DNA of 64,000 nt from Deltaproteobacteria bacterium (GTDB lineage Bacteria > Desulfobacterota_D > UBA1144 > Nemesobacterales > CSP1-2). Positions 1-9,983 of this stretch are shown in pieces. The stretch covers positions 256,001-320,000 of the forward strand of contig JBQTHB010000005.1 in the NCBI GenBank assembly GCA_052390235.1, written 5' to 3'. How positions within the stretch are numbered: the first letter of the stretch is position 1; each line of letters begins with the position of its first letter. The position numbers were made by a program, and so were the translations under genes. Below the pieces are notes generated by a model that was given only the letters and a program-made list of their open reading frames with translations, made no database searches and was not told the DNA's origin.

Positions 1-967
1 CGCGCGGGCTAAGGAGAGGGTCAGCGAGGCTTTTAAGGTCGGCGGCTTGGGCATAGTTTACAAATACCTGTTTGGTTGTGAGCGGCTCAAGCTGTTCTTT
101 AGATTTGGCGGCGGCTTGAATTGCCGTCTGCCTCCTCTGGAGAGTAGTAAGCGGGGCGATTTTTATGACGTTTCCCTCTACGACAGCTCCGAGACCTGCG
201 TTTTCAAGCACTACATCCATCGCCTGATCCCAGGGGACGTTCGTGAGCTTCAGTGTAACCGAGCCTTTAACATCGCCAGATACGATGACGTTAAAACCGC
301 TTATATCGGCGAGAATCCTCAGGACGTCCCTTATGTCAGCGTCCTTGAAGTCAAACGATACGATTTGTCCCCGGTATATTTTTTTTGCTCCGAGGGTTGT
401 AGCGATACGGAAATCGAAGGCAAATACAGGGGCGTTTTCATCTTCGGAGAACTGCACTTGCTGAGAGGCGGGTTTTTCCTGCTTGGCTTTTGTAAAGGAG
501 AGATTCAGCAGATTCCCAGATTGCTCTATGGCTACGGGAGCGTTTTCTTTAAGCTCCACGATAATGATTGTGCTGTTTCCGTCCGAAGGGTCTGTGAAAG
601 ACGATATGAAATTCACGGGGCTTGCGAAGTCCTTTACGTCTCTTGAGAGCTGGAGTTGCTCTGGCAGGAAGGCGTTCTTGAGTTTAATGGAAACCCTGCC
701 TACCTCCCTCGGAAGCTCTTCATATCTTATTGGAGCGGAGGTCTTTATCCCGACTATCCCGACTCCGTCCTGAACCCCGAACCCCACGTTTTCAACCGTG
801 GATACGGACGCGGGGGATTGCTCCGGTATTGTTGCCTGAGCTAACTTTAAGGCGGACTCTTCGGGGGCGTCGGCTATTGAGGATTGGGAAAACCCCGTTT
901 TATAACCGGTAATTGAAAGGGAAAAAAACAGCAAAACCGTAAAAAGCGGCGTAAGCGTAAACCTCAT
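1..967 (-). CDS. pilQ: Type IV pilus secretin PilQ, N-terminal part (runs off the window start)
   Basis: Not in the ORF track. Manual minus-strand translation from ATG at 967 (AAGGAGG RBS upstream) gives a signal peptide, an AMIN-like region and YRGQIVSFDFKDADIRDVLRILADISGFNVIVSGDVKGSVTLKLTNVPWDQAMDVVL, typical of the PilQ N0 domain. Follows pilP. Confidence 0.92.
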   Translation of the reverse strand, partial: MRFTLTPLFTVLLFFSLSITGYKTGFSQSSIADAPEESALKLAQATIPEQSPASVSTVENVGFGVQDGVGIVGIKTSAPIRYEELPREVGRVSIKLKNAFLPEQLQLSRDVKDFASPVNFISSFTDPSDGNSTIIIVELKENAPVAIEQSGNLLNLSFTKAKQEKPASQQVQFSEDENAPVFAFDFRIATTLGAKKIYRGQIVSFDFKDADIRDVLRILADISGFNVIVSGDVKGSVTLKLTNVPWDQAMDVVLENAGLGAVVEGNVIKIAPLTTLQRRQTAIQAAAKSKEQLEPLTTKQVFVNYAQAADLKSLADPLLSPR

Positions 968-1170
968 CCCACCGTCCTCCTTAGTCCTTTAAGAGTTAAA
1001 ATCAAACAACAAAAGGCTATTATATATGGCTATTGGGGTGTTGCAAACCGCCGTTGCCAACGCCTGCACCACTACTCGCGCCCCCCCGCCTGCTTGCATC
1101 CTAATCCGTTCCCCAATTTTTAAATATAAATAACAAAATCGGGAGATTTAAAAAAAGCTGGCTTACGCGG

Positions 1171-1638
1171 CTACTCCTGCCTGAATGCAAGAACGGCGGT
1201 TGAAACCTCAGTTTTTATCTCTCCATAGATGTCCTCAAAAACCCTCCTCTCGCGCACGACTATCCCCCTGCCCTTCACCTCGATAATAGTGCCTTGGCTG
1301 TTTCCTATCTCATCCCCCACGCCGAGGACGTAGGTGTTTTTCTCCGGGTCAACTATCATGACTTTGGGGTTTTGTCCGGTTTCCTGCAAAATGCCGGTGA
1401 TTCTGAACTCTTCGAGAGGATATTTTTTTATCGGCGGCAGGTTTATCTGCTGGGGTTTTATTTCTGCCTCTTGGATAATTTTTATGAACGGTCTGAATGG
1501 ATCGCGCTTGCCGGCGGAGCTATAGGGCGCTCTGGGTTCTGAAATAACGCTCGGCGGGGTTTCCTCGCCGCGCACGGGGGCGGCGCAAACAACGCTGAAA
1601 AGTAAAAGCAACGCCATGTAAATCGGGTTTCTTTTCAT
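1171..1638 (-). CDS. pilP: Type IV pilus assembly protein PilP
   Basis: Signal peptide, GKRDPFRP motif, YPLEEFRITGI, VGDEIG; position in pilMNOPQ. Confidence 0.9.
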   Translation of the reverse strand: MKRNPIYMALLLLFSVVCAAPVRGEETPPSVISEPRAPYSSAGKRDPFRPFIKIIQEAEIKPQQINLPPIKKYPLEEFRITGILQETGQNPKVMIVDPEKNTYVLGVGDEIGNSQGTIIEVKGRGIVVRERRVFEDIYGEIKTEVSTAVLAFRQE

Positions 1639-2300
1639 TGCTCTTCTTCCTTGGTGTTGTTTTTATTTTTCCTTCCCCTCTTTTTCGGCTTTGCTTCGTC
1701 CTCTGGGGTGTCGGCGCGGGGTGGCAGCAGCCTAAATGTTACGGCGGTGAATGCGGCGTTGAGAACGATGTCGTTTGATTTGCTTTTTTTATCTTCCCTA
1801 GCCAGATTGAGGTCTCTTACATTTACAATGCGTGGGAGCCTTGATACCCTGTCGAAGAAATTGGCGAGCTCAAAGTACGAGCCAAAAACGTTTATCTCTA
1901 TTGGAATCTCAGCGTATATGTCCTTGGTAACCTCCCCTTTGGGGGTGAAGGCGATGGACTCAAGCCCCGACGCTGAGACTGCGGCATAGACTCCGTCTAT
2001 CAGGGTGGGGATTTCCTTCTCTTCGGGGAGTTTCTTCGCCGCAATCTCAAACTCCTTTGTAAGCCTCTTAAATTCCTCTTCAAATCTCGGAAGCTCCTTG
2101 GCGACGGCTTCGTATTCTTTTAATCTCTGCTCTTCTTTCTGGAGGGCGGAACGCCGACTTTTTAGCTCCTCGGCTTTCGGAGACCATATAAAGTACCAGT
2201 ACCCTCCGGCTAAGAGGACGATAAGTGTAATAAGTACGGCAATTCTGGTACGAGGGGGTTTTTCGTTTATCGCCTCAACCAGATTTTCAAACCTACCCAT
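1635..2300 (-). CDS. pilO: Type IV pilus assembly protein PilO
   Basis: N-terminal TM helix, coiled coil, LPEEKEIPTL, FFDRVSRLPRIVNV. Confidence 0.92.
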   Translation of the reverse strand: MGRFENLVEAINEKPPRTRIAVLITLIVLLAGGYWYFIWSPKAEELKSRRSALQKEEQRLKEYEAVAKELPRFEEEFKRLTKEFEIAAKKLPEEKEIPTLIDGVYAAVSASGLESIAFTPKGEVTKDIYAEIPIEINVFGSYFELANFFDRVSRLPRIVNVRDLNLAREDKKSKSNDIVLNAAFTAVTFRLLPPRADTPEDEAKPKKRGRKNKNNTKEEEQ

Positions 2301-2318
2301 AGCGCTACCTCGTTTAAT

Positions 2319-2906
2319 TTACTTGGGCTTCTTCTCTTCGATAACTTCGGGCTTCGGCTCACTTTTCCCCGAATAATTCAGCCTCGACTCTATTACGAAA
2401 GTCCTCAGCGAGAGCGTCTGCACGTCTTTTGCCTTGATTGATTTAAGCTCCACGTTTCGGAAATAGGGCGACGCCTGCATTCCCTTCATAAAATTCGCCA
2501 CAGTAAACTCGTCCCAAGCTATTCCCTCGACTTTTGCGACGAATCCTTTTTCGGAGAAATTATCAAACCAAGACCTCTCAGGTATCGCGTTTGCGAGGGC
2601 GTCCATGACAAAGAGCGGCCCTGTGCGGTTCTCCTCAAGCACGGCGATGACCCTTATCTTATCCTCAAGCTCTTTGTTCTTGAGCTTAAAGTCGTCAACC
2701 TTTTTTTTGACCTCTTCGAGTTCCCCTATCCGCTTCTGCGTCTTGGCGATTTTATCGTTTACCTCGCCGAGCCGGACTGCCTGCGTCAGGTGGATGGCTA
2801 TTATCACGAGTAGGACGGCGGCGAGGGCAAGGGCCCCAATAATGAAATTATTGAGTCCCGCGGTTTGCTTTTTCTCTTCTCTGGAAAGGAGATTGATTTT
2901 TATCAT
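2319..2906 (-). CDS. pilN: Type IV pilus assembly protein PilN
   Basis: MIKINLL N-terminal motif, TM helix, coiled coil, SPYFRNVEL. Confidence 0.92.
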   Translation of the reverse strand: MIKINLLSREEKKQTAGLNNFIIGALALAAVLLVIIAIHLTQAVRLGEVNDKIAKTQKRIGELEEVKKKVDDFKLKNKELEDKIRVIAVLEENRTGPLFVMDALANAIPERSWFDNFSEKGFVAKVEGIAWDEFTVANFMKGMQASPYFRNVELKSIKAKDVQTLSLRTFVIESRLNYSGKSEPKPEVIEEKKPK

Positions 2907-3952
2907 AATTTCTCGTCCCCTCTTCTGAGCGCAAGTCCGACGGCGACACCCATTTTTGGGGCAATACCCTGCATATACTCCGAGTCAAATTCCATCTCGT
3001 TGTATGAGATATTCTTAAAGGGGTTTATTATTTCGACCGACGCGCCTGTGAATTCTTCGAGTGATTCTCTCAATTGCGGAATTTTGGACGCCCCTCCGCC
3101 GAGCATTATTTTGGTTACTTCATCTTTGGACAGGGTTGAGGAGAAAAAATCTAGGGTTTTTTGAATCTCCCTGCACATGGTCTCGGTAAACTCCCTCGAA
3201 ACCCTATCGAGGTCCGAGTCCCCTGCCGATAGGGCGGAGCGTTTTTTCTTTTCTGCCGCGTCGAAGCCTACGTTCAACTCCCTTTGTATAAGCTCCGTGA
3301 GCTGGTTTCCGCCGATGGTTATATCAGTGGTAAAAACCGAATATCCGCCTTTTAGGATGTTAATGTGAATTAGTGAAGCCCCGACATCCACGAGAGCGAC
3401 GGCGCTGTCCTCGTGTTTGTAGTTAAGTTCGTACATATTCTCAAGGGCGAATGCGTCAACGTCCACGACGACCGGGTTCAGACCGACCTCTCTTACGACG
3501 GACGTGTAGGTGTTTGCCACATCTTTTTTGGCGATGACTATGAGGACATCTGTGTTGCCTTCGGCGTTTTCTGTGCTGAGGGCTTGGAAGTCGTAGTTGA
3601 TTTCCTCGATTCTCTGAGTTACGGACTGCTCTATCTCCCAAACCACTGAAGCGTCAATGTCCTTGCGGTTCATTTTCGGGAGGCTTATCCGTTTAATTAT
3701 CACGGCGTTGCCTGAAATCGAGACGGCGACGTCTCTGGTCTTTATTCTGAGGCTCTGTATCAGCTCGGACAGAGCCCCCGCGACGGCTTCGGGGTTAACG
3801 ATGGATTTGTTGAGTATGGATTCGCGCGGCAGAGGGGCTTCGCCTAATTTGCTAAGCTCCCAGCCCTTTTTCGTGGCTTTAAGCTCTACCAATTTTACCG
3901 CGCTAGAACCGATATCGAGTCCAATAACGTCTCTTCTTTTAAATGGCCACAT
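2903..3952 (-). CDS. pilM: Type IV pilus assembly protein PilM (actin-like)
   Basis: IGLDIGSSAVKLVEL, VDVGAS, LGGGASKI, VAVGLALR. Confidence 0.95.
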   Translation of the reverse strand: MWPFKRRDVIGLDIGSSAVKLVELKATKKGWELSKLGEAPLPRESILNKSIVNPEAVAGALSELIQSLRIKTRDVAVSISGNAVIIKRISLPKMNRKDIDASVVWEIEQSVTQRIEEINYDFQALSTENAEGNTDVLIVIAKKDVANTYTSVVREVGLNPVVVDVDAFALENMYELNYKHEDSAVALVDVGASLIHINILKGGYSVFTTDITIGGNQLTELIQRELNVGFDAAEKKKRSALSAGDSDLDRVSREFTETMCREIQKTLDFFSSTLSKDEVTKIMLGGGASKIPQLRESLEEFTGASVEIINPFKNISYNEMEFDSEYMQGIAPKMGVAVGLALRRGDEKL

Positions 3953-4079
3953 CGCACCCTCTATTGAAACACTTTCTCATGTTTTTTGCAATAGGTACTT
4001 CAATCATCAGCAGTGGTTACAATTAAAAATATCGGGAAATATCGGCGTAAGATTGCAAAATTTGTAACGTCTCAGCAAA

Positions 4080-4108
4080 AAACTACTGCTCAAACAAATT
4101 TTTGTCAA
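4080..4108 (-). promoter_or_regulatory. Putative sigma70 promoter for pilMNOPQ
   Basis: Minus strand TTGACA-17 nt-TAGTTT in the AT-rich region upstream of pilM. Confidence 0.4.
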
Positions 4109-4192
4109 TCTCAAAGGTGGGAAATTATTAATACTCCAATCGAAGGGGGGCTTCGGGGACTGGAAAATCTCGTCGTCGTAGCGGGTTAGCTG

Positions 4193-4220
4193 AGGCGAGG
4201 GCGACTGCTTGCCCTCGCCT
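4193..4220. terminator. GC-rich hairpin after the dsb gene (terminator or REP-like)
   Basis: AGGCGAGGGCGA-ctgc-TTGCCCTCGCCT inverted repeat; no clear U-tract. Confidence 0.35.
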
Positions 4221-4242
4221 GCGCGGTTCATCGCGCTTATTA

Positions 4243-5229
4243 TCACTTTGCGGCGAGATTCGATTCGATTGCCGCTTTAAGGGCTTCGGGGTTTGCTCCC
4301 GGGACAGGCTGTCCGTTCACCAGGAAAGTCGGCGTTGAATTTACGCCTACGCTCTGCCCCTCGGCAAGCTCAGCGTCAACTCTCTTGGCGGTTTCGGGGG
4401 AGCTGAAGCAGGCATCAAACTTTTTCTTGTCGAGTCCGGCTTGAGCGGCGTAGCCCTTGAAAAGCTCCTTTGACTTGTCAACCGTGATTTCTTTCTGCTT
4501 TGCAAACACTAGGTCGTGAAATTTCCAGAAATTATCGTTTCCCTGCTTGTAGGCGCACAGCGAGCCGATGGCGGCGTCCTTCGCCCAAGCGTGGTTGGGA
4601 AGCGGGAACTGCTTATAGACGAGCTTCACCTTGCCCTTGTATTGCTGGAGTATCGGGGGCATCATTTCGGCGCCTTTTTTGCAAAACGGACACTGAAAAT
4701 CCGAATACTCGACTATAGTAACCTTAGCGTTCTTATCCCCAAGAACGGGAACGTCGCTCAGAGAGATTTTATTCATCGTCTCTTTAAACGGGTCAATTGT
4801 GGAATCCATCAAATCGGCGAGAATTAAATATTTGCCGTCCTTGCTCATGAGCATTGGAAACGACTGCTTGCCGAAAGCCGCGTTGCCTCTCTTGATGCCG
4901 GGAACTTTGGTGTCTTCAAATTTCGTAACGTCTATCGGCTCTCCGAAAACCACGTATTTCCCGTCCTCGCTCACCAAAAATCCGACATCTCCCGAACCCC
5001 TTGGGGACTTCACTACGAAAGTGCCTTTCTTAAACCCCGCAATGGGACTCTTCTCGTAGCCTTTAACGTCAATTGTGGTATCCGGGGTTACGGCCGCTCC
5101 GAGCCTCTTCTTGAGGAACGACTGGAGCCTTGCCGCTTCTTTGGGGGAAATGGTCTCTGCGAAAACCGCCGTTACAAAGGTAAAAAGAGCTAGCACAGTG
5201 AGCGCCGCCCCTAAATACTTAATTCTCAT
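4243..5229 (-). CDS. Periplasmic DsbA/DsbC-family thiol-disulfide oxidoreductase
   Basis: Signal peptide from ATG 5229 (GGAGG RBS), EYSDFQCPFC active site, GVNSTPTF cis-Pro loop, two DsbC-N-like modules. Confidence 0.88.
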   Translation of the reverse strand: MRIKYLGAALTVLALFTFVTAVFAETISPKEAARLQSFLKKRLGAAVTPDTTIDVKGYEKSPIAGFKKGTFVVKSPRGSGDVGFLVSEDGKYVVFGEPIDVTKFEDTKVPGIKRGNAAFGKQSFPMLMSKDGKYLILADLMDSTIDPFKETMNKISLSDVPVLGDKNAKVTIVEYSDFQCPFCKKGAEMMPPILQQYKGKVKLVYKQFPLPNHAWAKDAAIGSLCAYKQGNDNFWKFHDLVFAKQKEITVDKSKELFKGYAAQAGLDKKKFDACFSSPETAKRVDAELAEGQSVGVNSTPTFLVNGQPVPGANPEALKAAIESNLAAK

Positions 5230-5309
5230 TAAATTCCTCCGTCTGAACTTATTTTCGTAAAATATACCAGTGATTCCGCCCAATTCAACAATTTTATTAA
5301 GTTACCGGC

Positions 5310-6608
5310 TTAATTTTTCTCGAACACCCTCTCGAAAATGTAATCCACGTTGCGGATGTCGTGGCTCATATCAAAGCACCCGGCAACCTCCTGCGGCGTA
5401 AGGTGAGCGGCTATCTGCGCGTCCTTCGTGAGGAGTTCGATAAAATTCTCCTTGTTCTTCCACACCCTCATGGCGTTTCCCTGTACGAGCCTGTAAGCGT
5501 CCTCCCTGGACAGCCCTTTTCCCACGAGCATGAGAAGCACCTTCTCGGAGAAAATCAGCCCCCCTGTTATCCACAGATTGCGCTCCATGTTCTCTGGATA
5601 GACGTTTAGCCCCTCAAGGAGCGACCCCAGCCTTGCGAGCATAAAATCGAGCAGGATAGTTGTGTCCGGCGCAATTACCCTCTCGACGGACGAGTGGCTT
5701 ATGTCGCGCTCGTGCCAAAGGGCGATGTTCTCAAGCGAGCTGATAGCGGACGACCGCACCACGCGCGCAAGCCCGCAGAGATTCTCCGAGAGAATGGGGT
5801 TTCGTTTGTGCGGCATGGCGGACGAGCCTTTCTGGCCCTCGGTGAACGGCTCTTCGAGTTCCAGCACTTCGGTGCGTTGGCAGTGGCGGATTTGCAGGGC
5901 TATTTTTTCAATTGTCCCGGCGACGATGGAGAGGGTCATAAAATACTCGGCGTGAAGGTCTCGCTGAACTATCTGAGTAGAAATTGATGCCGGCTTAAGT
6001 CCCAGTAGCTTGCAGGCATAGTCCTCCACAAATGGCGGCAGATTCGCATAAGTCCCCACTGCGCCTGAAATTTTCCCGACCGCAATGACCCTTTGCGCCC
6101 GCTCTACGCGCTCCAAATTCCGTCCCATCTCATCGTACCAGAGGGCAAACATCAGTCCCAGCGTCGTAGGCTCGGCGTGGATTCCGTGCGTTCTTCCGAC
6201 CATGGGGGTGTATTTATATTTACCGGCGAGCGTTTTTAGGGTGGCGAGCAATTTTTTAATATCCTCGATAATAATCCCAGCCGCGTCCCTTAGCTGAAGC
6301 GCAAGGGCGGTGTCGAGAACATCCGACGACGTAAGCCCGAGATGAATAAACCTCGCCTCCTCGCCCACATATTCGCCAACTGAGGTGAGAAAAGCGATAA
6401 CGTCGTGCTTTAGCACCCTCTCAAGCTCGTTAATTCTCGCCGTGTCGAACTTGGCGCGCTCTTTTATTTTGGCGAGCGCATCCGGCGGGATTTGCCCCAG
6501 CTTCTCCCAAGCCTCGCAGGCGGCAATCTCCACCCTCAGCCAACGCTCGTATCTCGCCTCGTCCGTCCAAATTGAGACCATCTCTGCTCGTGAATATCTC
6601 TCTATCAA
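5310..6608 (-). CDS. purB: Adenylosuccinate lyase
   Basis: MIERYSR start, GRTHGIHAEP, GSSAMPHKRNP signature. Confidence 0.97.
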   Translation of the reverse strand: MIERYSRAEMVSIWTDEARYERWLRVEIAACEAWEKLGQIPPDALAKIKERAKFDTARINELERVLKHDVIAFLTSVGEYVGEEARFIHLGLTSSDVLDTALALQLRDAAGIIIEDIKKLLATLKTLAGKYKYTPMVGRTHGIHAEPTTLGLMFALWYDEMGRNLERVERAQRVIAVGKISGAVGTYANLPPFVEDYACKLLGLKPASISTQIVQRDLHAEYFMTLSIVAGTIEKIALQIRHCQRTEVLELEEPFTEGQKGSSAMPHKRNPILSENLCGLARVVRSSAISSLENIALWHERDISHSSVERVIAPDTTILLDFMLARLGSLLEGLNVYPENMERNLWITGGLIFSEKVLLMLVGKGLSREDAYRLVQGNAMRVWKNKENFIELLTKDAQIAAHLTPQEVAGCFDMSHDIRNVDYIFERVFEKN

Positions 6609-7360
6609 ATTAAAATTACCTCCCCCGGGGTTTTTCTTGGGGCTACGGACACCTTCACCACTCCCGCCGCCCCTTTTTTTTCCAATGCCTGCTCTGCCGC
6701 CTTCATCGCCAGATTCGGTCTATTATTTGCCTCGCTCAGATGCGCTAAGACCACGTGCCTAAGCTCTCCGTGAACGAGATTCTCCAGAAGCGCCGCCGCC
6801 TGACTGTTTGATAGGTGTCCGAGGCGGCTTTTTATCCTCTGCTTCAACTCCCACGGATACGAGCTGTAGAGGAGCATCTGCTCGTCGTGATTGAATTCCA
6901 GCACCAGAGCGTTCGACCCCTTGAGCCGCTCCCGCACCAGCGCGGTTTCCATGCCGATGTCGGTCGCTATGCCGATTTTTTTCCCGTCTGCTTCTATGGC
7001 GAATCCCACGGGGTCAGCGGCGTCGTGAGGAATGGAAAACGGAGATATGAATAAATCGCCCAGCCAAAAAGCCGTCCCCGCGCTAAACTCTCGCAAATCT
7101 GAGACCTTATCCTTCCAGAGTTCAATCGTCGCCCCCGCCACATAGACCGGCCTCCCGATATGAGGCAGGCACGAGGCGTGGTCGGTGTGTTCGTGCGTAA
7201 CAATAACCGCGTCAATGTCCGAAACCGACACTCCGAGGGGATTGAGCCTCTGGGTGATTTGCCTCAGGCTGATGCCTGCGTCCACCAAGATTTTTGAATT
7301 TTTGCTTTCGATATAGAGTGAGTTGCCAGAGCTTCCGCTGGCAAGTGTGCATATTCTCAT
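6605..7360 (-). CDS. MBL-fold metallo-hydrolase (YycJ/WalJ-like)
   Basis: LASGSSGNS, THEHTDH, HDAADP, GHLSN, AHLSEANN. Confidence 0.88.
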   Translation of the reverse strand: MRICTLASGSSGNSLYIESKNSKILVDAGISLRQITQRLNPLGVSVSDIDAVIVTHEHTDHASCLPHIGRPVYVAGATIELWKDKVSDLREFSAGTAFWLGDLFISPFSIPHDAADPVGFAIEADGKKIGIATDIGMETALVRERLKGSNALVLEFNHDEQMLLYSSYPWELKQRIKSRLGHLSNSQAAALLENLVHGELRHVVLAHLSEANNRPNLAMKAAEQALEKKGAAGVVKVSVAPRKTPGEVILI

Positions 7361-7488
7361 CAGTCTGCCCTGAAAAATACCGGATGTAGTATGATTGGGC
7401 TAAAATCCCGTTGTCAACACTATGGCAGTTAACGCAAAATTCGTATAGAATAGTGGCTGTGTGAATAATAATCCAGGAGGGCGTTGAT

Positions 7489-8046
7489 ATGAACTATTGT
7501 AGAATAAAATTAGTAGCCTCCTTTTGTGCGCTTTTCTCCTTAATTCTCCTAGCCGGATGTAGCCCGACTAAGACGGTTTTCTTCAAACAACCCGAGAGTA
7601 AAGCCCAAAATTACCATGTTGTCGAAATACCCGATTTCACAAAAACCGAGCTGGAATGGGTGCCATACGATTCAAATATCGAAATCCCCAATATGCTTGC
7701 CGAGAAACTGAGAACGGCAAACGGTTTCGATGAAATCGCCCGCGACGCCTCGGCGGTGGATAAGTCCGAGAGCGGAGTTCTAGTGGTTCAGGGCGAGGTG
7801 ATTCACTATAACCGCGGCTGCAAGTTCTGCGAGTGGCTCCTCAGGGTCAACGACAAGGGCAAAAGCTCCATAACCGTACGGGTACAACTGCTCGATAAAA
7901 CCACTGGCAACGTGCTTGCCGACACGAGCATCGAGGGCAGAGCCAAGTCTCCGGGATACGGCAAGTACCGCTATGTGCGGGTTGTTGATGAGATGGCGCG
8001 CCTTATCGAGAGCGTAAATGAGAGAAAATCGTATAGTCAAAAGTAG
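7489..8046 (+). CDS. Lipoprotein, DUF4410-like
   Basis: Lipobox LAGC; GVLVVQGEVIHYNRG...ITVRVQLLDKTTG pattern. Confidence 0.55.
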   Translation: MNYCRIKLVASFCALFSLILLAGCSPTKTVFFKQPESKAQNYHVVEIPDFTKTELEWVPYDSNIEIPNMLAEKLRTANGFDEIARDASAVDKSESGVLVVQGEVIHYNRGCKFCEWLLRVNDKGKSSITVRVQLLDKTTGNVLADTSIEGRAKSPGYGKYRYVRVVDEMARLIESVNERKSYSQK

Positions 8047-8228
8047 TTCGTCTTATAATTTTTTCTCCGCGCTCTTTTGCTCTACACGAGTTGAAATAGG
8101 CTATTTTTATATTTCTCCAACTGGGATTAGCTAGATTCTAAGGGGTCTCGGAATAATCCGAACGCGGTGTTTCTAAATAGCTTAGGTCTGATTCGGCGGT
8201 GCGCTAGGGACGGGGGGGGAGGCAGGAA

Positions 8229-9236
8229 GTGAATGTAAAAATATTTCTCCTTATTTTTGCTGTAGCGCTTGGTTTTTCAGTTACTTATCCATTTAATAAC
8301 CTAATGTTTGCCTCGGTTGTCGGGGCGGTGTTCGGGGCTGTAGCCGTCGGCGTTTTGTGGGGGCTTGAGCCTCAAATCGAGGGTTTGCCCATTAAAGCCA
8401 TTCTAGGAGGGGCGGCGGGGGTTGTGATAGCCTCTTTCGGGTTTTTAGCGTTCAAGGAAATGGTCGGAGGCGTTGGAGTTTCTCCGAGATTCGCCCCGTA
8501 TCTCTACATCATATCGTTCCTCTCGCTCTACTATCTGGCGGTTTCCGTCGGGATAAAGAAGGGACTCGAATTCGATGAGTCCGATAGGGATTCAACCAGA
8601 GGGGGCGGCTACAGGACAACTAAAATTCTCGACACGAGCGTCATTATTGACGGCAGAATCGCCGACGTAGCCGAGGCGGGATTTATCGAAGGGGCGCTCA
8701 TAGTGCCGAAATTTATAATAAAAGAGCTTCAGTACATAGCCGACTCCCCAGAGCTGATAAAACGCGCAAGGGGCAGGCGGGGGCTTGATATTTTAAAGCG
8801 AATGCAGTCTATCCCCAACATCGTGGTGAAAATTACGAACCACGATTTCCCCCGCGTCAGGGAAACCGACCTCAAGCTCGTCGAGCTTGCCGGAAAAATC
8901 AAAGGCACAATCATTACAAACGACTTCAATCTAAATAAGGTCGCAGGGCTTCAGGGGGTCAAAGTGCTGAACCTCAACCAGCTCTCAAGCGCGATAAAGC
9001 CCGTCGTGCTTCCCGGCGAAACGATGAACATCAAGGTCATCAAAGAGGGCAAAGAGGGAAATCAGGGCGTGGGCTACCTTGAGGACGGCACAATGGTCGT
9101 CGTTGATGATGCGAGGAGATACCTTGGGCGCGAGGTTGAAGTGGCGGTAACGAGCGTGCTTCAGACGCCTACGGGGCGGATGATTTTCTCGAAGGTCAAG
9201 GATGAGGCCCTGTCGTCGGGGCTTGCTACGGGATGA
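8229..9236 (+). CDS. Membrane PIN/TRAM domain protein (YacL-like)
   Basis: TM helices, ILDTSVIIDGRI, TNDFNLNKVA, GYLEDGTMVVV; upstream of ispD as usual. Confidence 0.92.
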   Translation: MNVKIFLLIFAVALGFSVTYPFNNLMFASVVGAVFGAVAVGVLWGLEPQIEGLPIKAILGGAAGVVIASFGFLAFKEMVGGVGVSPRFAPYLYIISFLSLYYLAVSVGIKKGLEFDESDRDSTRGGGYRTTKILDTSVIIDGRIADVAEAGFIEGALIVPKFIIKELQYIADSPELIKRARGRRGLDILKRMQSIPNIVVKITNHDFPRVRETDLKLVELAGKIKGTIITNDFNLNKVAGLQGVKVLNLNQLSSAIKPVVLPGETMNIKVIKEGKEGNQGVGYLEDGTMVVVDDARRYLGREVEVAVTSVLQTPTGRMIFSKVKDEALSSGLATG

Positions 9237-9949
9237 GCCGCCCGAGGGTCTCAGCGATAGTGGTCGCCGCAGGCTCAGGCAGTAGAATGCCCGGAGCCGT
9301 TAGAAAACAGTTTCTCCCGCTTGGGGGAAAACCCGTTATCGCGCACACTTTGGAGGCTTTCGAGCGGTGCGATTTAATAGCGGAGATTGCCCTCGTTCTG
9401 CCGGAGGATTCCATCTCGTATGCGGAGAGGGAAATATCGGCGAAATTCGGCTTTCGCAAGGTTTCGAGAATTATCCCTGGGGGCGCGCTGAGGCAAGAGT
9501 CAGTTTATAGGGGATTCCAAGCTCTCGCATCTGACGCAGAAATTCTCCTTGTCCACGATGGGGTGCGCCCATTCGTCTCTCAGCGGGTCATTTGGGCAGT
9601 CGTAGATGAAGCTCGCAGGTCGGGAGCCGCGATTGCCGCAGCGCCGGTTAAGGACACGATTAAAAAGGCCTCGCCGGATGGGACAGTAGCCCAGACCGTG
9701 CCGCGCGAGGCCCTTTGGCTTGCGCAGACCCCTCAGGCGTTTAGGAGGGGTATTTTAGCCCGCGCCCTTTGGGAAGCCGAGTCGAGCGATTTTCGCGGGA
9801 CGGACGAAGCCTCAATCGTGGAGCGTTTGGGCATTGCGGTGTCGCTTGTGCTGGGGTCTCCTCTCAATATTAAAATCACGACTCATGAGGATTTAGCTCT
9901 TGGCGAGGCGATTTTAAACTCGGCGCTGCTCGCCTCAGATGATTTTTAG
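9233..9949 (+). CDS. ispD: 2-C-methyl-D-erythritol 4-phosphate cytidylyltransferase
   Basis: AAGSGSRM, KQF, VHDGVRP, AQTPQAF, NIKITT. Confidence 0.96.
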   Translation: MSRPRVSAIVVAAGSGSRMPGAVRKQFLPLGGKPVIAHTLEAFERCDLIAEIALVLPEDSISYAEREISAKFGFRKVSRIIPGGALRQESVYRGFQALASDAEILLVHDGVRPFVSQRVIWAVVDEARRSGAAIAAAPVKDTIKKASPDGTVAQTVPREALWLAQTPQAFRRGILARALWEAESSDFRGTDEASIVERLGIAVSLVLGSPLNIKITTHEDLALGEAILNSALLASDDF

Positions 9950-9983
9950 TCTGCAAAATATGTATCTAATTCGGTAATCAAAT

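Noticed and set aside
47..646. 199-aa plus-strand ORF
   Set aside because: Antisense shadow of pilQ, which the track missed because it runs off the window.
1021..1065. Possible sigma54 promoter (TGGCA...TTGCA) upstream of pilQ
   Set aside because: GG-to-GC spacing is 12 nt rather than the required 10.
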